Below the pieces are notes generated by a model. It was not told the origin of the DNA. It made no database searches and saw only the letters and a list, made by a program, of their open reading frames with translations. A program made the translations under genes and the position numbers. A stretch of 53,992 bases of DNA from Acidobacteriota bacterium (GTDB lineage: Bacteria; Acidobacteriota; UBA4820; DSQY01): contig JBJKRE010000253.1 of the NCBI GenBank assembly GCA_046704825.1, positions 1 to 53,992 of the forward strand. The letters are read 5' to 3'. Of the stretch, positions 37,913 through 47,644 are shown piece by piece (within the stretch, counting starts at the first letter, position 1; every line of letters starts with the position of its first letter).

Positions 37913-39487
37913 CTAGAGCCGGGACCAGAAACGGACGAACACCATGGTCGAGAGGACGAACCCCAGGGGGACGTTGACGAGCACGCCGATGCTGAAGGCC
38001 CAGAACGGCTTGAGGCCGAAGATGGCCAGGTCCTTGAACCGCGTCGACAGGCCGATACACAGGAAGCAGAGCACGAAGGCCCACGAGCGGAGCTTCTTGA
38101 CCGGGGCGATCACCTCGGGCTGCAAAACGCTTTCGAACCAGTTGGAGGACTGGGCGAGCGCGTCGATGGCCCATCGCTGGTCCTGTGTGGCGGCGGCCGC
38201 CTTCAGGGCCTTCACCTGGCTGCGGGACAGTTCGCCCACGCTGCGGAGGGTCCCCGTTTCCACGTCCACCGCGACCCGCCCCGCCAGTTCCGGCGGGGGC
38301 CTGTAGCCGGAGAAGTCCGCGTGGTATTTCACGCCCTGGAAGGTTCCGGCCACGGGCGCCGTTCCTTCGTGCGCCGGCGGCGGGCGGCTGGACACCAGGC
38401 TCATGAGGACGCACGCCGCCAGGAAGCCGATGACGAACTTCGGAAAGCGCTCCCAGACGATGCCCGCCCCGACGCGGCGGCCGCCCCCCGCGGCGCTACC
38501 CTCCCAGTGGATGACCGAGACCACCGCCAGGATGAGGCACCAGATGCCGATCCAGATGTCCCGACCGATGACCTTCATGAGCGTGAAGGCGTTGATGGGG
38601 GCGTCTCCGAATTTCGTGGCCAGTTCGGCCACCACCGCGAAGCCGGCCGCGTCGGCGAACTCCGACGTGCCCACCCAGGCGCCGGCCTCACCGGGGCTGA
38701 TGGGAAGGGGGACGAGCATCTTGAGGGCGATGGTCAGCGCGAAGATCATGACGATCGCCCAGACCGTCACCACGGCAATGGCGATGGAGATGTGGTCCTT
38801 CCGGGCCTTGACGGCGCCTCCGACCGCGATCGACGCCGAGACCCCGCAAACCGCCCCCGCCGCCCCGAGCACGGCGCCGAATTTCGGTTCGAGCTTGAAG
38901 ATCCGGGTGGCGGCGAGAAAGATGGTGAGCCAGGTCGTCACGGACACGATGGTCGCCTGCACGAAGGCCACCGGCCCGGCGCTGAACACCAGCGTGAGCG
39001 GCAGCGTTGCGCCCAGCAGGACGATGCCGGTCTTGATGTAGTACTCCGTGCACAGGCACTCCTTGAACCAGTCCGGAATCCTTACGGCGTTGGAAACGAC
39101 GAGGCCGACGATGAGCGCGAGCAGGGGCGCCTCCACGTTGAAGCGCTTCATGACGCTCCAGCCGGCCAGGTAGAAGATTCCCAGGGAGCCGAGAAAGAGG
39201 ATCACGAAGCCGGACAGGAAGGTCTTGGGCGGGTGCCCCATGATGGCCATGGAGACGGTGAACACGCCGCCGAACACCAGGAAGATGACGCCGTAGCCCC
39301 AGGCGTGCTGCAGCAGGTCGGGCGGCAGCGCTGCGAAGGTGCTCCACTTCGGCGGTGTGATCGCCCACCCCCGGATGCTGCCACCGGCCCAGAAGGTGAG
39401 GAGGGCGAGCAGCACCAGGCCCAGACCCATCCATACGGACCACCAGTCTTCCGTCTTCCACAGCTTTTCGAACCGGCTCCCCCCCAT
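37913..39487 (-). CDS. YeiH/UPF0324-family membrane protein (putative sulfate-exporter family) with a large inserted soluble loop
   Basis: ATG at 39487 (GGAGG 5 nt upstream). GAVLGAAGAVCGVSASIAVGGAVKARKDHISIAIAVVTVWAIVMIF is typical of the family. A roughly 100-aa non-hydrophobic insertion (PPPAHEGT...NWFESVLQPE) precedes the last helices. Confidence 0.7.
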   Translation of the reverse strand: MGGSRFEKLWKTEDWWSVWMGLGLVLLALLTFWAGGSIRGWAITPPKWSTFAALPPDLLQHAWGYGVIFLVFGGVFTVSMAIMGHPPKTFLSGFVILFLGSLGIFYLAGWSVMKRFNVEAPLLALIVGLVVSNAVRIPDWFKECLCTEYYIKTGIVLLGATLPLTLVFSAGPVAFVQATIVSVTTWLTIFLAATRIFKLEPKFGAVLGAAGAVCGVSASIAVGGAVKARKDHISIAIAVVTVWAIVMIFALTIALKMLVPLPISPGEAGAWVGTSEFADAAGFAVVAELATKFGDAPINAFTLMKVIGRDIWIGIWCLILAVVSVIHWEGSAAGGGRRVGAGIVWERFPKFVIGFLAACVLMSLVSSRPPPAHEGTAPVAGTFQGVKYHADFSGYRPPPELAGRVAVDVETGTLRSVGELSRSQVKALKAAAATQDQRWAIDALAQSSNWFESVLQPEVIAPVKKLRSWAFVLCFLCIGLSTRFKDLAIFGLKPFWAFSIGVLVNVPLGFVLSTMVFVRFWSRL

Positions 39488-39708
39488 GGCAACCTCCACC
39501 GCATCCCCTGCCTGCAAGACCGCCCTGCCTCCGTCGAAGGCACCGTCCTTCTCCGACCCTTCGGGCCGGAGCGCCACGCGTGTCCGATCTGTGGTGTATT
39601 CCCCTCTTGCCCATGAAGATAAGGCCGGCCGGCCCTATTATCCAGTCCCCGGCACGGGGCAGGGAATAGATTCGTTTGAACTTGAGTTATCTCATGTGGA
39701 GGTAATTG

Positions 39709-40227
39709 ATGGGCACCCATTACGAGGGACCGGAAAACGAGCGACACGCCTTGAGCGCCTACATCACGCTCATGAGGGCGTCCGAGACGGTCACCGCCGC
39801 GGGCTCCGACACAATGGCCGAAACCGGCCTGACCACCAGCCAGTTCGGCGTTCTCGAGACCCTTCTGCACCTCGGACCGCTGTGCCAGAGGGAGCTGGGG
39901 AACAAGCTGCTCAAGTCCAGCGGCAACATCACGGTCGTGGTCGACAACCTGGAAAGGCGCGGACTCGTCAGGCGAGAGCGGAGCACATCCGACAGGCGGA
40001 TGGTGACCGTGCGGCTCACGGACGAAGGCCGGGCGCTCATCGAGTCAGCCTTTCCGGGGCACGCGGCCCGAATCGCCCGGGCGATGGGTGTTCTGGACAG
40101 GTCGGAACTGGACGACCTGAGACGATTGTGCAGAAAACTCGGCCGGGGCCAGGCCCGGACCGGTCAACGCAGGTCACGCGGCACCCGCACGTCCCGCCGG
40201 ACGAGGCGGGCGACCGAATCGAACTGA
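39709..40227 (+). CDS. MarR-family transcriptional regulator with basic C-terminal tail
   Basis: ATG at 39709 after [73 protein letters not shown]. Confidence 0.88.
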   Translation: MGTHYEGPENERHALSAYITLMRASETVTAAGSDTMAETGLTTSQFGVLETLLHLGPLCQRELGNKLLKSSGNITVVVDNLERRGLVRRERSTSDRRMVTVRLTDEGRALIESAFPGHAARIARAMGVLDRSELDDLRRLCRKLGRGQARTGQRRSRGTRTSRRTRRATESN

Positions 40228-40250
40228 GAACGAACGGAGGTTTTACAATC

Positions 40251-40700
40251 ATGGAACCAAACGGATCATCCCATTCCGCGGGCGGCTTCGACGTCAACGC
40301 GGCCCTGCCGTGGGTACCGCTCGCCGGAAGAATTCTGCTCAGCTTCATCTTTCTCTGGAGCGTGATCGGGGACCTCGGCAGCTGGACGGGACGGACCGCC
40401 TACATGGCCTCCAAGGGCATGTCCGTACCGGCCCTGTTCCTGGCGGGTGCCGTCGTGCTCAAGCTCGCGGGAGGCATCTCGCTGGTGCTCGGCTACAGGG
40501 CCCGCCTGGGCGCGCTCATGCTCCTCGTCTTCCTGGTCCCGACCACCCTGATCTTCCACGCGTTCTGGAGCGCCCCGCAGGCACAGTACGTAAGCCAGCT
40601 CATCAACTTTCAGAAGAATTTGGGGATCATGGGCGGTCTGCTCATGGTCATCGCCCTGGGCCCCGGACGGTGGAGCCTGTCCGGCCCGTCCCGACGGTAG
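40251..40700 (+). CDS. DoxX-family membrane protein
   Basis: [19 protein letters not shown] ... [37 protein letters not shown] ... [12 protein letters not shown]. Confidence 0.85.
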   Translation: MEPNGSSHSAGGFDVNAALPWVPLAGRILLSFIFLWSVIGDLGSWTGRTAYMASKGMSVPALFLAGAVVLKLAGGISLVLGYRARLGALMLLVFLVPTTLIFHAFWSAPQAQYVSQLINFQKNLGIMGGLLMVIALGPGRWSLSGPSRR

Positions 40701-40717
40701 TCAAGGAGGAACCACCC

Positions 40718-41332
40718 ATGAAGATTCAAGTCGTGTTCTACAGCATGTACGGCCACATCTTCGCCATGGCGGAGGCCGTGGCCCAGGGCGCCCGGGAGGT
40801 CGAAGGCGCAGACGTGGCGCTCTACCAGGTCCCCGAACTCATCCCCGCGGACGTGCTCGAAAAGAGCGGTGCCGCGGCCGCCCGGAAGGCCTTCGCACAC
40901 GTCCCGGCAGCCGTTCCCGAGAAGCTGGCCGAGGCGGACGCCGTCATCTTCGGGACGCCGACCCGGTTCGGCAACATGTGCGCCCAGATGAGAAATTTCC
41001 TCGACCAGACGGGTCCCCTGTGGGCAAACGGCGCACTCATCGGCAAGGTGGGGAGCGTCTTCACGGCCACGGCCACCCAGCACGGGGGCCAGGAGACGAC
41101 GCTGACGAGCTTTCACACCACGCTCCTGCACCACGGCATGGTCATCGTGGGCGTCCCCTACTCCGAACAGCGGCAGATGACGCTCGATGAAATCACCGGC
41201 GGCTCGCCCTACGGCGCCAGCACGATCACCGGCGGCACCGGCGCCCGGCGGCCCAGCGAGAACGAGCTCGCCATCGCCCGGTTCCAGGGACGGCACGTGG
41301 CCGAGATCACCAAGAAGCTTGCGGCGGGATAA
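40718..41332 (+). CDS. wrbA: NAD(P)H:quinone oxidoreductase, WrbA type (flavodoxin-like)
   Basis: [25 protein letters not shown] ... [26 protein letters not shown] ... GGQETT ... GSPYGAST. Confidence 0.92.
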   Translation: MKIQVVFYSMYGHIFAMAEAVAQGAREVEGADVALYQVPELIPADVLEKSGAAAARKAFAHVPAAVPEKLAEADAVIFGTPTRFGNMCAQMRNFLDQTGPLWANGALIGKVGSVFTATATQHGGQETTLTSFHTTLLHHGMVIVGVPYSEQRQMTLDEITGGSPYGASTITGGTGARRPSENELAIARFQGRHVAEITKKLAAG

Positions 41333-41335
41333 GCC

Positions 41336-41794
41336 ATGGAGGAAGCGCTCGACTCCCGCATCGCCGCGCTGGGACACGTGGTCCTGAGGGTTCACGACCT
41401 CGGGACCTCGGTCCCCTTCTACCGGGACGTCCTCGGACTCGAAGAGGTCGCGAGGTACGGCGAACACATGGCCTTCTTCTCCGCAGGCACGAACCACCAC
41501 GACCTGGCCCTGCTGGAGGTCGGCCGGTACGCCCCGCCCCCGGACCCTCGCGCAGTGGGACTCTACCACGTGGCCTTCAAGGTCGGGGACAGCCTGGAAG
41601 ACCTCCGCGCCTGGAAGAGGCGTCTGGAATCACTGGACGTAACCATCCTCGGCGCCAGCGACCACAAGGTCAGCCAGGCCCTGTACATCTCGGACCCGGA
41701 CGGCATTCAGATCGAACTTTACGTGGACGCCGACCCAGAGATCTGGCGCGAAGACCCCGCCGCCGTCGCGACAATAGATCCGCTCGACCTGTGA
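41336..41794 (+). CDS. VOC-family protein (glyoxalase / extradiol dioxygenase-like)
   Basis: LGHVVLRVHDLGTSVPFYRDVLGLEE ... HHDLAL ... LYHVAFKV ... SQALYISDPDGIQIELY. Confidence 0.85.
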   Translation: MEEALDSRIAALGHVVLRVHDLGTSVPFYRDVLGLEEVARYGEHMAFFSAGTNHHDLALLEVGRYAPPPDPRAVGLYHVAFKVGDSLEDLRAWKRRLESLDVTILGASDHKVSQALYISDPDGIQIELYVDADPEIWREDPAAVATIDPLDL

Positions 41795-42254
41795 CGGATA
41801 AGCAAGGACCGACTTGCACAGTGAGGCAGTGAGACGGTGAGCGAAAAGTATGCGACCTGCGATTTTGATAGATGAACGACGGAGAGTCTCTGAATTGGCA
41901 GTGGCTTTCGATGCGGAGCATCGGAAGCTGCGTCCCGACGCGAGGGGGCCAGCCCGCGCGAAGGGCAGGATGGCCACACCGCAGGCGTACTTTTGTACGT
42001 CGAGGATGTGGGCGTCGCAGCCCGACAAAGCGGATGGTCCGCTCCCGTCGGCGCTTTCCCGAAAAGTTGGGGGGAGGGCTTCTCGGTCATTTCGCTCAAG
42101 GCCGCGGCGCGCAGCGCAGGATGGACAAGTCCGGGGCAGTCGAAAAGCGATCCGGCGGAGGCCTCCTTTCATGGGCTTTTTGAACTGCCACGGTCTGGCC
42201 ATCCTCGAGGTGCCGCAGGCATCCGCGCGGACGTGGTCGAAAGTCCTGGATCGG

Positions 42255-42302
42255 CCTCTTCGAAGGCCTGCCTTCGCCTCGATCACTTGATCACTTGATC
42301 AC
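42255..42302. repeat. Terminal segment of the composite repeat family, inside a 519-bp non-coding gap
   Basis: GGCCTCTTCGAAGGCCTGCCTTCGCCTCGATCACTTGATCACTTGATCAC. The GGCCT.CC.TCGCCTCGATCAC string is shared with 36411-36433. ATCACTTG is repeated 2.5 times. Confidence 0.6.
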
Positions 42303-42313
42303 TTTCTTAAAGG

Positions 42314-43024
42314 ATGTGCGACATGATGACCATACGCAGGGCCGCCGAACGGGGACACTTCAACCACGGCTGGCTCGACACGTTCCACACCTTCTCTTTC
42401 GCCGGCTACTACGACCCGGAGCACATGGGTTTCCGCGTGCTCCGCGTGATCAACGAGGACCGGGTGGCGCCGGGACAAGGGTTCGGGACCCACCCCCACG
42501 ACAACATGGAGATCCTCACCTACGTGCTCGAGGGGGCCCTCCAGCACAGGGACTCCATGGGCAACGGCTCCGTCATAAGACCGGGTGAACTGCAGCGCAT
42601 GACCGCCGGCTCGGGCGTCACCCACAGCGAGTTCAACGCCTCGGACGCCGAACCGGTCCACCTCTACCAGGTCTGGATCCTCCCCGAGCGGCGCGGCCTG
42701 ACGCCCGGTTACGAGCAGAAGGCGTTCGCCTTCGACGAAACCGACGGCCCCGTCCGCCTGGTGGCCTCCCGCGACGGACGGGACGGCTCCCTCACCATTC
42801 ACCAGGACGCCGACGTCTCGCTGATCCGCCTGGACCAGGGAAAGAAGCTCGCCCTGCCCTTCGCCCCTGACCGGCACGCGTGGGTTCAGGTGGCGCGCGG
42901 CGCCCTGACGCTGAACGGGAGAGAACTCGACACGAGCGACGGCGCCGCCCTGGGCGACGAGAACGTCCTCGAATTCGCCACGGGGAGCACGAGCGCCGAG
43001 GCCATCCTCTTCGACCTGCCGTAA
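42314..43024 (+). CDS. Pirin-family protein
   Basis: RGHFNHGWLDTFHTFSFAGYYDPEHMGFRVLRVINEDRVAPGQGFGTHPHDNMEILTYVLEG.LQHRDSMGN ... is the classic pirin N-domain. The true start is possibly the ATG at 42323 or 42326. Confidence 0.9.
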   Translation: MCDMMTIRRAAERGHFNHGWLDTFHTFSFAGYYDPEHMGFRVLRVINEDRVAPGQGFGTHPHDNMEILTYVLEGALQHRDSMGNGSVIRPGELQRMTAGSGVTHSEFNASDAEPVHLYQVWILPERRGLTPGYEQKAFAFDETDGPVRLVASRDGRDGSLTIHQDADVSLIRLDQGKKLALPFAPDRHAWVQVARGALTLNGRELDTSDGAALGDENVLEFATGSTSAEAILFDLP

Positions 43025-43231
43025 CCGGGACGGCATGCCTCCCGCCCCGGCGCCCGGGAAGACGCCGGGCCCAGCCGGTCTCCAAGCCCTTCCGGTGTCC
43101 CCCGACGCACGCGCCGTCCGGGTTGCCGCGGCCAGGCGTCGGAACCTATAGTTAAGCGGGTAGGGGTACACGCTTCGGGCGCAGTGCCGTAAAGGGGCGC
43201 CGGAATCACGGGGTGAGAGGCTGGCCTGAGA

Positions 43232-44791
43232 ATGCATCAGATCCTCCTTGTGGACAATGACGCAGACACGCGGACCCATCTCTCATCGTGGCTGACCGCG
43301 GAAGGCTACAGCCTCACGACGAGCTTTTCGGGTCAGAAGGCCATTCAGGCGGCCTCGTCCCATTCCCCCGACCTGATCATCATGGACCTGGTCCTGCCGG
43401 ACATGGAGGGCGACGAGCTGTGCCCGATCTTCAAAGGCCGGGAGAGCACCATGCAGATCCCCGTCCTGGTCCTGGCCGACTCGGCCGATTCGCCGGCCTG
43501 CACGCGCGCCATCGAGGCGGGGGTGGAAGAGTTCGTTACGAAGCCCATCCGCCGTGCCGAACTGCTGGCGCGCATCCGCTCCATGCTCAGGATCCGCAAC
43601 CTGCACGACCGCCTGCGCCTGGCCTATTACCACATCGACGAGATGGGCGCCTTCGCCGAACACTACGCGGACAAGATCAACGCCGAGTGGAAACCCGAGA
43701 GCGTGGCGCTCCAGATGGCCAGGCAACTGCTCGGGCCGCACCTTCACCGCGAACATCATCCCGCCTTCATCTGGGGCGGCGTGGTCATCAACGGGCGCCG
43801 CCACGGGCTGTACTTCTACTTCGGCGATGTGAACGACGAAAAGTGGAACAGCGGAACGACCCTCTCCGGCCTCGGGGAAGTGGAGGCGGCGCTCGAGCCC
43901 TACGCACGGGGCGATCGAGAGTTCCTGTCCGACGCCCCCATGCCTGAACCGCTGCGCGAGATAGTCGGGGCACCCCGCGACCTGAAGCTGCCCAACTTCG
44001 CAGCGGTGAGCTCAGGCGCCAACATCCTGCTCGTCGCCGGATACCCCTGGCCCGTGGACAACTACGAATTCCCGATCCTGAGGGCCAGCGTCCGCCACTG
44101 GAACGTCTTCAAGCGCATCTGGCAGGAGACGAGGCGCACGCAGGGCGCCTTCTTTTACATGATGGAGGCGCTGGCGCTGGCCGCCGAGTTCCAGGACAGA
44201 AACATATCGGGACACATCCGACGGGTGAACCTCTACTCCGGGGCCATTTCAAGGACGCTCGGCGGCGAACGGGAATTCGTGCACTGGATCTCCCAGTGCG
44301 CCCAGATGCACGACGTGGGCAAGATCACCATCCCCCTGGAACTGATACGCAAGCAGGGCCCGCTCACGGAAAAGGAAATGACCGTCATGAAGCGGCACAC
44401 CATCCACGGGGCCATCATCCTCGGAGGGTCGCCCAACCTGGCCATGGCCGCGAGCATCGCCCGCTCGCACCACGAGAACTACGACGGGACGGGATACCCG
44501 GACGGCCTCAGGGGCGAGGAGATCCCGCTGGAGGCCCGCATCGTCAAGATCGCGGACATTTACGACGCCCTGCGGATGGAACGCCCCTACAAGCAGGCAT
44601 TCTCCCACCAGGAGACCGTCCGCGTCCTTCTGGAGGGCGACGACAGGGTCCGTCCCTCCCACCTCGACCCGGAGATCCTGAAAGCGTTCCTGACCTGCCA
44701 GTCCGAAATCGCGGAGATCTACGAGGACTCCATCCGCTCCACGCCGATGGAAGAATCGGGGCCCATGACCCTGGCCGTCCGGCAGGAATAG
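43232..44791 (+). CDS. Response regulator with HD-GYP c-di-GMP phosphodiesterase output domain
   Basis: Receiver ILLVDNDADT...LIIMDLVLPDMEG...EFVTKP. HD-GYP: HIRRVN...MHDVGKITIP...HHENYDGTGYPDGL...ADIYDAL. Confidence 0.88.
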   Translation: MHQILLVDNDADTRTHLSSWLTAEGYSLTTSFSGQKAIQAASSHSPDLIIMDLVLPDMEGDELCPIFKGRESTMQIPVLVLADSADSPACTRAIEAGVEEFVTKPIRRAELLARIRSMLRIRNLHDRLRLAYYHIDEMGAFAEHYADKINAEWKPESVALQMARQLLGPHLHREHHPAFIWGGVVINGRRHGLYFYFGDVNDEKWNSGTTLSGLGEVEAALEPYARGDREFLSDAPMPEPLREIVGAPRDLKLPNFAAVSSGANILLVAGYPWPVDNYEFPILRASVRHWNVFKRIWQETRRTQGAFFYMMEALALAAEFQDRNISGHIRRVNLYSGAISRTLGGEREFVHWISQCAQMHDVGKITIPLELIRKQGPLTEKEMTVMKRHTIHGAIILGGSPNLAMAASIARSHHENYDGTGYPDGLRGEEIPLEARIVKIADIYDALRMERPYKQAFSHQETVRVLLEGDDRVRPSHLDPEILKAFLTCQSEIAEIYEDSIRSTPMEESGPMTLAVRQE

Positions 44792-44840
44792 AAGGCGCAC
44801 GCCCCGCGTTGCCTGACTCGAGCGACGAAGGAGCGCGCGA

Positions 44841-45170
44841 GTGCCCCCATTCGAGAACCTGGAACCCGCAGAGATCGAACGCATTCTCGAATCTTCAGCC
44901 ACGGCCGAACTCCTGGACGTGCGCGAGCGGCACGAGTGGGACCTCTGCCACCTGGACGGCGCGAGGCTCAGTCCGCTCTCGGAACTCCGGTACTGGCAGC
45001 ACCACCTGAGGGCCGACGGAGGACCGTACATCGTCTACTGCCACCACGGGATCCGGAGCTATCAGGTATGCACGTACCTGGCGGGGCTCGGGGTGCGGAA
45101 CCTGATCAACATGAAGGGCGGCATCGACCGCTGGAGCCGAACGGTCGACGGCACCTTGCCCACGTACTGA
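44841..45170 (+). CDS. Single-domain rhodanese-like sulfurtransferase
   Basis: GTG start. LLDVRERHEWDLCHLDGA ... IVYCHHGIRS (CX5R/S active-site loop) ... NMKGGIDRW. Confidence 0.85.
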   Translation: MPPFENLEPAEIERILESSATAELLDVRERHEWDLCHLDGARLSPLSELRYWQHHLRADGGPYIVYCHHGIRSYQVCTYLAGLGVRNLINMKGGIDRWSRTVDGTLPTY

Positions 45171-45252
45171 TCCCGTGGTTCGGGTTCTCCTGGCGCACGG
45201 CGTCCGGCCGGGACACCGGTAGGTCCTCGGACGGCCAGGTCCCCCGTCGGCC

Positions 45253-45281
45253 TTGCCAAGAATGGCCCGAGAGGCTACAAT
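45253..45281 (+). promoter_or_regulatory. Sigma70-type promoter of gltX
   Basis: TTGCCA (45253-45258), 17 nt, TACAAT (45276-45281). GGAGG RBS at 45292-45296. GTG start at 45305. Confidence 0.5.
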
Positions 45282-45304
45282 CACCCGGCTTGGAGGTCAG
45301 GATC

Positions 45305-46798
45305 GTGTCCCAGCCCATTCGCGTTCGTTTCGCCCCGTCACCCACCGGCCACCTTCACCTGGGCAACGTCAGAACCGCCCTCTTCAACTGGTTTCTGGCC
45401 CGGCGGGAAGGCGGCACCTTCGTGCTCCGCCTGGAGGATACGGACGCGGCCCGCTCCACCCAGGCCAGCGTCGACTCCGTGCTCGAAGACCTCAAATCGC
45501 TCGGCGTGGACTGGGACGAGGGGCCCGGGGCCGGCGGGGACTTCGGCCCCTACCGCCAGACCGAGCGGTACGACCTCTACCGGTCTTACCTGCAGACGCT
45601 CCTCGACGAAGACAAGGCCTATCCCTGCTACTGCTCGCAGGAAGAACTCGACCGCGACCGCGAAGCGGCGCGCGAAGCCGGGCGCACCTACATCTATCCC
45701 GGGACGTGCCGTCACCTCACGCCCGCCCAGCGGGCTGAGAAAGAGGCCGAGGGACGGCGCCCCTCCATCCGCCTCAAGGTCCAGCCCCACACCGTTTCGT
45801 TCACCGACAGAGTAAGGGGGCACGTGTCGATCCATACCCACGCCTTCGGGGACTGGATCCTGGCCAGGCCGGACGGGTCGCCCACCTACAACTTCGCCGT
45901 GGTCGTCGACGACGCGCTTATGCAAATCACCCACGTGATCCGCGGCGAGGACCACCTCTCCAACACGCCCAAGCAGATCGTGCTCTACGAGGCACTTGGC
46001 TTCGCCCCCCCGGCCTTCGCCCACCTCTCCATCATCCTGGGGCCTGACGGCAGCAAGCTCTCCAAGCGCCACGGCGACGTGTCGCTCGACGCCTTCCGCA
46101 AGCGGGGGTTCCTGCCCGAAGCCATGATCAACGGCCTCGCGCTGTTGGGCTGGTCGAAGGAAGACGGGAAGGAGGTGCTGGACCTTTCCGAGATCACGGA
46201 CGTCTTCGCGCTGGACCGGGTCAACAAGTCCGCCGCGGTGTTCGACGAGGCGAAGCTCAGGTTCCTGAACCGGGAGCACATCAAGAAGCTGGACGCGGCC
46301 GACCTGGCGCAGGGCGTGAGGCCATACCTGGAAGAGGCCGGGCGCCTGCCCTCGGGCGACCTGGACGCACCGGCGCAGGAGTGGCTCTACCTGCTCGCAG
46401 AGATGCTGCGCGACCGGATCGACGTGCTGTCCGACGCGCCGTCCGTCAGCGACCCGGTCTTCCTCTTCGACGCCGGCACCATGGACGAAGCGGCCCGCGA
46501 GAGTCTCCAGGACCCGGATGCCCCCGCGGTCATCGGGGCCTTCATAGACAAGGCCGAGTCCATGGACCTCGCCCTCCCGGGCGCCTACCGCGAAGCCGTT
46601 CTCGCCATCAAGGCCGAGACGAAGATCAAGGGGCGCAAGCTCTTCCACCCCATCCGCGTGGCCCTCACCGCCGCAGACTCGGGCCCGGACCTCGAAAAGC
46701 TGGTGCCGCTGCTCGCCGCGGGGAGCCGACTCTCCCTGCCCGCGCCCGTCCTGGGACCGGCCGAACGGGCCCGGGCCGTGCTGGCCCTTCTGGCGTAG
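45305..46798 (+). CDS. gltX: Glutamate--tRNA ligase
   Basis: VRFAPSPTGHLHLGNVRTALFNW (HIGH). LRLEDTD. GSKLSKRHGD (KMSKS). The upstream part of ORF 44936..46798 overlaps the rhodanese gene and is not coding. Confidence 0.93.
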   Translation: MSQPIRVRFAPSPTGHLHLGNVRTALFNWFLARREGGTFVLRLEDTDAARSTQASVDSVLEDLKSLGVDWDEGPGAGGDFGPYRQTERYDLYRSYLQTLLDEDKAYPCYCSQEELDRDREAAREAGRTYIYPGTCRHLTPAQRAEKEAEGRRPSIRLKVQPHTVSFTDRVRGHVSIHTHAFGDWILARPDGSPTYNFAVVVDDALMQITHVIRGEDHLSNTPKQIVLYEALGFAPPAFAHLSIILGPDGSKLSKRHGDVSLDAFRKRGFLPEAMINGLALLGWSKEDGKEVLDLSEITDVFALDRVNKSAAVFDEAKLRFLNREHIKKLDAADLAQGVRPYLEEAGRLPSGDLDAPAQEWLYLLAEMLRDRIDVLSDAPSVSDPVFLFDAGTMDEAARESLQDPDAPAVIGAFIDKAESMDLALPGAYREAVLAIKAETKIKGRKLFHPIRVALTAADSGPDLEKLVPLLAAGSRLSLPAPVLGPAERARAVLALLA

Positions 46799-46896
46799 AG
46801 CACCCGTTCCAATAAGCGCAGACCCTCACCCGGCCCGTCGCACCGGACGGCTGGCTGCACTCCGCGTACAGGCCCGGGGCGCTCCCCGGTTGTTCG

Positions 46897-47490
46897 TCAG
46901 TACCGGTAAACCCAGCCCACTCTGACGTCGAGCTGATCGGTGTTCCACGCATCGATCCGGTGGTAGGCGACCTGGAGGGCGAAACCGGGCCTGCCGTAGA
47001 ACCGCCGGTAGCCGATGGCCAGGCCGTACGTCGCGCTGTCGTCGAATTTGTAGGTCCTCAGAAGCCCCCACGATCGGCTGTAGGAGTGGCCCAGGGTGAA
47101 CCCAAGATTCGCCTGCAGGTAGAGCTGCCCGTCGCCCATCTTCCTCAGAAGGAACTCCGGCCCCGCCTCGATGATGCCGTATCGCTTCTGAAATGACGAT
47201 TCGAAGAAATGGCCGCCGTAACCGAGAGTCCGGGTCTTGAACCACCCCTCGTTGAACACGGCGCCCATGTGGAGGGCCCACCGGTCCGTAAAGAAATACG
47301 AGCCGTCCACGCTGGCGACGAAGCCCGGATCGGCCTTCACGCTCCCCGGCCAGCCCGTGTCACTGGTGTAGGAGGCCCAGCCGGACCCGGCCGCATAGCC
47401 GGGCAGGAAGGCCACGTACACGCTGCCTGCCTGCGCGTAAAGGCCCATGCTGGCAGTCGCCAGAAGTATCACGATCACTATTTTCTTCAT
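46897..47490 (-). CDS. Small outer-membrane beta-barrel protein (OMP_b-brl-like)
   Basis: Signal peptide MKKIVIVILLATASMGLYAQA. Alternating beta-strand pattern. C-terminal VGWVYRY with terminal aromatic residue. Confidence 0.75.
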   Translation of the reverse strand: MKKIVIVILLATASMGLYAQAGSVYVAFLPGYAAGSGWASYTSDTGWPGSVKADPGFVASVDGSYFFTDRWALHMGAVFNEGWFKTRTLGYGGHFFESSFQKRYGIIEAGPEFLLRKMGDGQLYLQANLGFTLGHSYSRSWGLLRTYKFDDSATYGLAIGYRRFYGRPGFALQVAYHRIDAWNTDQLDVRVGWVYRY

Positions 47491-47644
47491 GCCTGTCTCC
47501 CTGACTCACCGGACGGCGAAACGGCCCCCCCGATCCAACTTCCGCCTCGCACTTTCCCGCGACGAACCGCTGAAGGCCAGGATGAAAAGACGTTCCGGCC
47601 ACAGCCGTATACCGCGCACTGAAACGCTCGCCGGCCGACGGCCG

